The notes under the pieces were generated by a model, which was not told the origin of the DNA, searched no databases, and saw only the letters and a program-made list of their open reading frames with translations. The translations under genes and the position numbers were made by a program. DNA of 64,000 nt, taken from contig CM000151.3 of the NCBI GenBank assembly GCA_000004695.1, forward strand, positions 1,472,001-1,536,000, read 5' to 3'. The stretch is from Dictyostelium discoideum (Eukaryota). Below are positions 57,992 to 64,000 of the stretch, piece after piece; position 1 is the stretch's first letter; the number at the start of each line of letters is the position of its first letter.

Positions 57992-59455
57992 TTAAAATAA
58001 TCTTGGATCATTTTTTCTTTCCCAAACAGGGTAACGATTACGATTACAATTATAAAACCATGGTAAAATTGCAACTTCTTTTTTAAAGAAATCATCCATA
58101 TTACTTAATTTTGAAATTCTATTAGCATGATCAGATTTTGTTTCTAATAGACGAGATTCTAATTCTTGAATATTTCCTTTTCCAATATCACTTGAAAACA
58201 AGGTAATTTGATCCTCTCTTGTTATACCACATTCAGTACATGATAAATATTTAACCATTTGGAATGGTAAATAACCATAATGAGTCATGTGCATTCCACC
58301 CAACATATAGTAACCTGATTTACCACGATTTCTAGATGGTTTACCATTTTGAATTGCTCCTTTAATTGTGTAATAAGTTGGATCACCGAGTGTATATGAG
58401 TGACCTCTAACAGGGAAATCTGGATTGAAGACTTGGTCAATTGGGCCGTACGGGAACCAAATACCAATATCAATAGCATTGATGCCATCTCTAATTTGAC
58501 AATTCTTTAAATAATGTAAATTAATTCTTGCACTGATTTCATCGGTATCGCCAAATCCAATGACATCATTATCACTATATAGATTTGTTCTCTTATTCCA
58601 ATCTAAAAACTTTTGCCAACGACGGGTTTCCTGATACCCCTCTGCAGCGAATAAATCTTTACCATTCTCTTCATCAGTATCATCCAACACTAAATGCACC
58701 ACTTTATCTTGAAATTTAATGAAACGATCTTGAAATTTAACATGTTCCCAAATCAATGGTTTTTTCATCCTATGATAATGTGTTACTGTTGATTCGAGAA
58801 TGAAGAAATGATCTACAATATCGTATAGTTCATTTAAATGAACTTCTAAAACATCAATATCGAAACCAATTTGTACCATATGTGCAATTTTAACAGGTTT
58901 ATCACGTTTACCTGAGAATACCTCTGGATATTTCCCACAAACATCATCACTAGGAGTTGGTAATGGTTCAGGTTTACATGATTCATTAATTGGTACTAAT
59001 GGTGGTTCAATTAAATATTTTGCCAATGTTAAAATCAACATTTGTGAATATTTATCTGTATTTTCAGTTTTACCAGTTCTTGCTGCTGCTTTAAAATCTT
59101 CCCATGGGAATTTAACCATATCATGTTTGAAATTTCTTTCAGTTTCAAAATCTAATTCTCCAACTGAAAATTTCGATGGTGTTTGAGTTTGAGTTGGTGT
59201 TTGAGTTGGTGTTTGAGTTGGTGTTTGAGTTGGTGTTTGAGTTGGTGTTTGAGTTGGTGTTTGAGTTTGAGTTTGAGTTGGTGTATGAGTTTGAGTTTGA
59301 GTTGGAGTTGGTGAAATTGTAGGTTTTGGTGTATGATATACTGTTGGTTGTTGAACACCATTTATCGATTGAGCAAAATTTGGTAATAAAAATACTATCA
59401 TTGTCATAATTATTAGACTAATGAAGACTAAAATCCAAACACGTGCTTGGTTCAT
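57992..59455 (-). CDS. GT17-family glycosyltransferase paralog 3. Its stem contains a (PTQT)n mucin-like repeat.
   Basis: The N-terminal TM is MNQARVWILVFISLIIMTMIVFLL. The stem PTISPTPTQTQTHTPTQTQTQTPTQTPTQTPTQTPTQTPTQTPTQTQTP is encoded by 12-nt repeats (ggtgtttgagtt)n at ~59165-59290. The core is >80% identical to paralogs 2 and 4. Confidence 0.7.
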   Translation of the reverse strand: MNQARVWILVFISLIIMTMIVFLLPNFAQSINGVQQPTVYHTPKPTISPTPTQTQTHTPTQTQTQTPTQTPTQTPTQTPTQTPTQTPTQTQTPSKFSVGELDFETERNFKHDMVKFPWEDFKAAARTGKTENTDKYSQMLILTLAKYLIEPPLVPINESCKPEPLPTPSDDVCGKYPEVFSGKRDKPVKIAHMVQIGFDIDVLEVHLNELYDIVDHFFILESTVTHYHRMKKPLIWEHVKFQDRFIKFQDKVVHLVLDDTDEENGKDLFAAEGYQETRRWQKFLDWNKRTNLYSDNDVIGFGDTDEISARINLHYLKNCQIRDGINAIDIGIWFPYGPIDQVFNPDFPVRGHSYTLGDPTYYTIKGAIQNGKPSRNRGKSGYYMLGGMHMTHYGYLPFQMVKYLSCTECGITREDQITLFSSDIGKGNIQELESRLLETKSDHANRISKLSNMDDFFKKEVAILPWFYNCNRNRYPVWERKNDPRLF

Positions 59456-59798
59456 TTTTATTATTTTATAAAATTATTTTACACATATATATACATATAT
59501 TTTTTTATTCTATTTATGATTTACTAGCTTTTTTTTTTTTTTTTTTCCAGTCCAAAAATTAATTTGTTGGTTTTTTTAAAATTTGTGCAAGGTGGTTTGA
59601 AAATCAAAAATATTAGTGTGCGAATAGTGGGACCATTGATAAAAAAAAAAAAAAAAAAAAAAAATTTGTGAAAAAAAAAAAAAAAAAATTAAAAATAAAA
59701 AAAAAACTTTAAAAAAAAAAAATGAATAAAAAAAAAAAAATTAAACCAAATATCGATCTGTTGGGTGTGCTGACACAGTGTTTTGATAAATTCGTTGA

Positions 59799-59833
<35 letters not shown>

Positions 59834-59975
59834 AAAATTTAAAACAAGAAAAAAAAAAAAAAAAAAAAAATTAAAATTAAAAATAAAAAAAAAAAAAAAA
59901 ATAAATTAAAAATAACATTATTTTTATTTTTTATTTTTTATTTTTTTTTACTTTTAATAATCTTTTTTTTTTTTT

Positions 59976-60050
59976 TGGTGTCTCATTATTGTGTTATTTG
60001 GTGTTTCATAATTGTATTATTTGGTGTTTCATAATTGTACTATTTGGTCC
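59976..60050. repeat. Three and a quarter copies of a 23-bp tandem repeat (tggtgt[c/t]tcat[t/a]attgt[g/a][t/c]tatt) in the intergenic region between GT17 paralogs 4 and 3.
   Basis: Copies lie at 59976-59998, 59999-60021 and 60022-60044, with a partial copy at 60045-60050. They were read directly from the sequence. The repeat is ~520 bp upstream of the ATG of paralog 3 (minus strand). Confidence 0.85.
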
Positions 60051-60107
60051 AAACACTAACAAAAAAGGAAAAAAAACAAAAAAAATGGGTCAAATCCTTT
60101 TGTTAAA

Positions 60108-60154
<47 letters not shown>

Positions 60155-60190
60155 GAGTTGTATTTTTATTTTATTAATTTTTATTAAATT

Positions 60191-61510
60191 TTAAAATAAT
60201 CTTGGATCATTTTTTCTTTCCCAAACAGGGTAACGATTACGATTACAATTATAAAACCATGGTAAAATTGCAACTTCTTTTTTAAAGAAATCATCCATAC
60301 TACTTAATTGACGAATTCTATGAGCATGATCAGATTTTGTTTCTAATAGACGAAGTTCTAATTTTTGAATATCACCTTTTCCAATATCATTTGAAAATAA
60401 GGTAATTTGATCCTCTCTTGTTATACCACATTCAGTACATGATAAATATTTCACCATTTGGAATGGTAAATAACCATAATGAGTCATATGCATTCCACCC
60501 AACATATAGTGACCTGAAGTACCACGATTTCTAGATGGTGCTTTAGTTGTTGATTTTGCTTTTTTTATTGTATAATAAGTTGGATCACCGAGTGTGTATG
60601 GATTACTTGGTACTGGGAAATCTGGATTGAAAACTTGATTAATTGGACCATATGGGAACCAAATACCAATATCAACCATATCAACACCTGATTTTAATTG
60701 ACAATTCTTTAATAAATGTAAATTAATTCTTGCACTGATTTCATCGGTATCGCCAAACCCGATAATATCCTCATCACTATATAGATTTGTTCTTTTATTC
60801 CAATCTAAAAACTTTTGCCAACGACGAGTTTCCTGATAACTTTCTGCATCGAATAAACCTTTACCATTCTCTTCATCAGTATCATCCAAAACTAAATGCA
60901 CCACTTTATCCTTGAATTTTAAAAATCTATCTTGAAATTTAACATGTTCCCAAATTAATGGTTTCAACATTTTATGATAATGTGTTACTGTTGACTCTAT
61001 TATAAAGAAATGGTCAACGACATCGTATAACTCATTTAAATGAATTTCTAAAACATCAACATCGAAACCAATTTGTACCATGTGTCCGATTTTAACAGGT
61101 TTATCACGTTTACCTGAAAACACTCTTGAATATTTTGATGTGCATACTGAATCGTCGATAGGTGGTAATGGTTCAGGTTGACATGATTCATCTATTGGTA
61201 CTAAAGGTGGTTCAATTAAGTAGGTTGATAATGTTAAAATCAACATTTGTGAATATTTATCTGTATTGTCTGTTTTACCAGTTCTTGCTGCTGCTTTAAA
61301 TTCTTCCCATGGGAAGTTATTCATATCATATGTAAAATTCTTTCCTTTTGCTTCATAATCTATATCTGCTATTGAAAATTTTGATTTAGGTCTATAATAA
61401 CTTATTCCACTACTATATACAATTTGATTTATGCTTGGAATAAAATATATCATTAAGGTTAATATACCTAAACCTATAAAAACTAATAACCAAATTCTAG
61501 TACGATTCAT
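60191..61510 (-). CDS. GT17-family glycosyltransferase paralog 4, with a short stem and no PT repeats.
   Basis: The N-terminal TM is MNRTRIWLLVFIGLGILTLMIYFI. The conserved core carries DVDVLEIHLNELYDVVDHFFIIESTVTHYHKMLKPLIWEHVKFQDRFLKF..GFGDTDEISARINLHLLKNCQ.. and the C-terminal CNRNRYPVWERKNDPRLF shared by all four paralogs. Confidence 0.7.
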   Translation of the reverse strand: MNRTRIWLLVFIGLGILTLMIYFIPSINQIVYSSGISYYRPKSKFSIADIDYEAKGKNFTYDMNNFPWEEFKAAARTGKTDNTDKYSQMLILTLSTYLIEPPLVPIDESCQPEPLPPIDDSVCTSKYSRVFSGKRDKPVKIGHMVQIGFDVDVLEIHLNELYDVVDHFFIIESTVTHYHKMLKPLIWEHVKFQDRFLKFKDKVVHLVLDDTDEENGKGLFDAESYQETRRWQKFLDWNKRTNLYSDEDIIGFGDTDEISARINLHLLKNCQLKSGVDMVDIGIWFPYGPINQVFNPDFPVPSNPYTLGDPTYYTIKKAKSTTKAPSRNRGTSGHYMLGGMHMTHYGYLPFQMVKYLSCTECGITREDQITLFSNDIGKGDIQKLELRLLETKSDHAHRIRQLSSMDDFFKKEVAILPWFYNCNRNRYPVWERKNDPRLF

Positions 61511-61601
61511 ATTTATTTATTTATTTATTTATTACAATTATATATTTCATTAGTGTTCTATTAATTTAGATATTAATAAAAAAAAAAAAAAATTGGATTA
61601 G

Positions 61602-61646
<45 letters not shown>

Positions 61647-61816
61647 TCAACCGATCGACTATCCGAAATTAACCATTTTGTTTTTTCACACAAATAATTA
61701 CCAGATATTTTTAAAAAAAAGAAAAAGTTGGTATTAAAAAAAAAAAAAAAATAAAAAAAAAATTAAAATTAAAATTAAACAAAAATAAACCGTAAAAATT
61801 TAATACTGACGTAAAT

Positions 61817-61857
<41 letters not shown>

Positions 61858-61901
61858 TTTTAGTTTTCTAAAGAAAATTCAAATAAAAAAGACGTGTTCA
61901 A

Positions 61902-62360
61902 ATGAAAATTATTAATTATCAAGAGTGTCATCAAAAAGATCTTAAAAAACTTTCATATGAATGGTTAGAAAAATATGTTTCAATTGAACCAATCGATGAA
62001 GAGATGTTGAATAATCCAAAGAGTTTTATTTTAGATGGTGGTGGTCATATATTTATGGCACAACACGGTGAACATAATGAAACTGTAGGAACTGTCTCTT
62101 TAATACAAGTTGATGATAAAACTTTTGAATTAGCAAAATTAGCAGTCACTGAAAAATATCAAGGTTTAAAATTAGGTCAACATTTAATGGAACACTGTTT
62201 AAATGTTGCTAAACAACAAGGTGCAACTAAAGTTATTTTATATACAAATCAAAAATTAACAAAAGCAATTGGATTGTATAAAAAATTCGGATTCATTGAA
62301 ATACCATTAAATAATAATAAATATATAGAATCAGATTTAAAAATGGAATTATTATTTTAA
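61902..62360 (+). CDS. GNAT-family N-acetyltransferase, single exon, 152 aa.
   Basis: The acetyl-CoA-binding motif A is ..YQGLKLGQHLMEHCLNVAKQQGATKVILYTN.. (Q/R-x-x-G-x-G/A pattern), and the overall length and pattern fit small GNAT enzymes (..FMAQHGEHNETVGTVSLIQVDDKTFELAKLAV..). There is no intron, and it is compact relative to neighbouring genes. Confidence 0.65.
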   Translation: MKIINYQECHQKDLKKLSYEWLEKYVSIEPIDEEMLNNPKSFILDGGGHIFMAQHGEHNETVGTVSLIQVDDKTFELAKLAVTEKYQGLKLGQHLMEHCLNVAKQQGATKVILYTNQKLTKAIGLYKKFGFIEIPLNNNKYIESDLKMELLF

Positions 62361-62941
62361 ATTTATTTTATTAAAATATTATTATTTTTATTATTATTAA
62401 TATTATTCTTTTTTTTTTTTTCAAAAATTCTGCTTAACTTTTCTACAAACATTTGAATTTAGTGTGGTGCATGTCTGGATAAAAAAAAAAAAAATTTTCA
62501 AAAAAAAAAAAAAAGCGTTCCACAAGAACCACCCTTTTTTTTTTTTTGTCTTTTTTTCTCATATCAATTTTAACAATATCATTAGTTATTAAAATATGAT
62601 TTATAATTCTTTTTTTTTTTTTTTTTTGAAAAAAAAAATTCTCCAATCACAAATCTATAAATTATATTAATAAAAACCAAAAAAAAAAAAAAAAGTTCAA
62701 GCAAAGTGTGGTATGCAGGTAAAAATTTAAAAGAAAAAAAAAAAATTTAAAATCTTGCTTAACTTGTTTTTCTGAAAAAAAATATTTGCCAACCACAATT
62801 CCAAAAACATATTAATTTTTTACTACAAATCTATAAATTATATAAATAAAAAAAAAAAAAAAAAAAAAAGTATCCCCTCAAACAAAAACAATAATAATGA
62901 AAATAAAAAATTTAACCACCTAACACCATATTTCATATCAT

Positions 62942-62993
62942 AAAAAAAATTAACACCCTCATTTACTAGTAAATGAGGGTGTTAATTTTTTTT
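62942..62993. repeat. Perfect 52-bp palindrome, A8-TTAACACCCTCATTTACT|AGTAAATGAGGGTGTTAA-T8.
   Basis: The reverse complement of 62942-62967 equals 62968-62993 exactly, centred on ACTAGT. It sits in the intergenic region ~430 bp upstream of the PKS start at 63421. Confidence 0.9.
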
Positions 62994-63420
62994 ATTTTAA
63001 ATCATCACAAAAACAAACCAAAAAAAATAATTTTACACCAAAAATAATAAAAAAGAATATTAATAATGAAAATAATAACCGCTAAATAATTAAATTTGTA
63101 TATAAATTGGTTTTGTTTTTTTTTTTAAATCATTATTTTATATATATATTTTCGCTTACTCAATAACCAGTATTTAAATATTGAAAAGTTTTAATAATTT
63201 ACACAGAAAAACTATCACCAATCAATAATAAAATCATTCGCATCAATTAAAGAATAAATTATAACATAACTTTTTTCTTTTTTTTTTTTTTTTATTTTTT
63301 AAAATATTTTTCATCCACACTCCATTTTCATCCACCAATTTCCATTTTTAAAAAAATAAAAGAAAATTTTCTGGAAGAATAAAACGCTAATAATTTTTTT
63401 TTTTTCTACATATATATATA

Positions 63421-63963
63421 ATGAATATTAAATTAAATAATAATGATCAATATAGTGACAGAGATGTTGCAATTATTGGTATTGGCTTTAGGTTACCAGG
63501 TAATAGTAATCGTGGAACAGAATTATGGCAAAATTTATTGAATGGATTTGATGGTATCGTTGAAACATCTGATAGATGGTCAGATTCTTTTAAAGATTTA
63601 GGTGAAATTCATTGTAAAGATGCCGGTTTAGTAGAGTTGGAGGATTGGGAGTCCTTTGATCCAATTCATTTTGGTATTAATCCTGCCGAAGCTAAACAAA
63701 TTGATCCACAACAAAAACTATTATTAAAATCAACATGGGAAGCTTTTGAAGATGCTGGAATTGATCCATTATCATTACGTGGTACATATACAAGTGTATT
63801 CGTTGGAGCATCTTCTTCTGATTATTCAACATCAATGGCAGAGAATTATGAAAAGCCAAACTTTAATGTTTTCAATTCAACAACTGGTAGTATTGCAAAT
63901 AGAATATCATATTGTTTTGATTTTCGAGGTCCATCATTAACTGTCGATACTGCATGTTCAAGT
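63421..63963 (+). CDS. Type I polyketide synthase, 5' exon (KS domain N-terminus). It is apparently intact and continues beyond the window after a GTAAGT intron starting at 63964.
   Basis: MNIKLNNNDQYSDRDVAIIGIGFRLPGNSNRGTELWQNLLNGFDGIVETSDRW..FDPIHFGINPAEAKQIDPQQKLLLKSTWEAFEDAGIDPLSLRGTYTSVFVGASSSDY..CFDFRGPSLTVDTACSS, then gtaagtatttc. It is colinear with, and in frame across, the region that is disrupted in the pseudogene at 22758. Confidence 0.8.
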
Positions 63964-64000
63964 AAGTATTTCTTTTTTTTTTTTCTTTTTTAAAAAGGAA

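Noticed and set aside
57175-59361. ORFs 57175..57465, 57206..57427, 59152..59361
   Set aside because: They are alternate-frame or antisense readings of the 12-nt PT-repeat minisatellites in GT17 paralogs 2 and 3.

Overview
The window is a eukaryotic nuclear genome segment with the hallmarks of a dictyostelid social amoeba, most likely Dictyostelium discoideum. It is extremely AT-rich. It has long homopolymer A and T tracts between genes, poly-N and poly-Q coding microsatellites, short AT-rich GT..AG introns of about 70-160 bp, a tRNA gene with a downstream extra B-box, and a tRNA-associated non-LTR retroelement fragment. It is not prokaryotic: there are no CRISPR arrays, operons or bacterial defence islands. 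The six-frame ORF track uses bacterial start rules (TTG and GTG shown as M) and ignores introns, so I rebuilt several multi-exon gene models by hand. Exon coordinates can be off by 1-2 nt near homopolymer runs, where my reading of the printed sequence and the ORF track disagreed twice (at about 12301-12363 and about 14436-14465). Gene content from start to end: (1) an Asn-rich C2H2-like zinc-finger protein; (2) two secreted or GPI-type cysteine-containing proteins; (3) a soluble Q-rich protein carrying a domain I interpret as VASt-like; (4) a two-exon ICT1/mL62-like peptidyl-tRNA hydrolase, tail-to-tail with a two-exon mitoribosomal mL54; (5) a five-exon Rab GTPase that lacks C-terminal prenylation cysteines; (6) a GRAM + VASt-like + C-terminal TM protein of the Lam/Aster sterol-transfer architecture; (7) two hypothetical ORFs 45 bp apart; (8) tRNA-Ile(AAU) with an ex-B box and a TRE3-like retroelement remnant; (9) a degenerate type I polyketide synthase pseudogene; (10) a large protein with a possible P-loop core; (11) a four-exon TXNDC17/TRP14-like thioredoxin-fold gene with a hexanucleotide microsatellite in its first intron; (12) a secreted Cys-repeat protein; (13) a TPR protein; (14) an MDR quinone-oxidoreductase-like enzyme; (15) a two-domain amidinotransferase-fold protein; (16) a CBS-domain protein; (17) an LTO1/Yae1-type deca-GX3 protein; (18) a Las1-like protein; (19) a glycan-modification locus with four tandem GT17 (GnT-III-like) type II membrane glycosyltransferase paralogs carrying variable mucin-like PT-repeat stems, interrupted by a Golgi-type sulfotransferase; (20) a single-exon GNAT acetyltransferase; (21) the 5' exon of an apparently intact PKS. 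The most notable non-genic structures are a perfect 52-bp palindrome, a 23-bp tandem repeat between GT17 genes, degenerate direct repeats upstream of the second PKS, and a GC-rich island inside a 2.5 kb AT desert.
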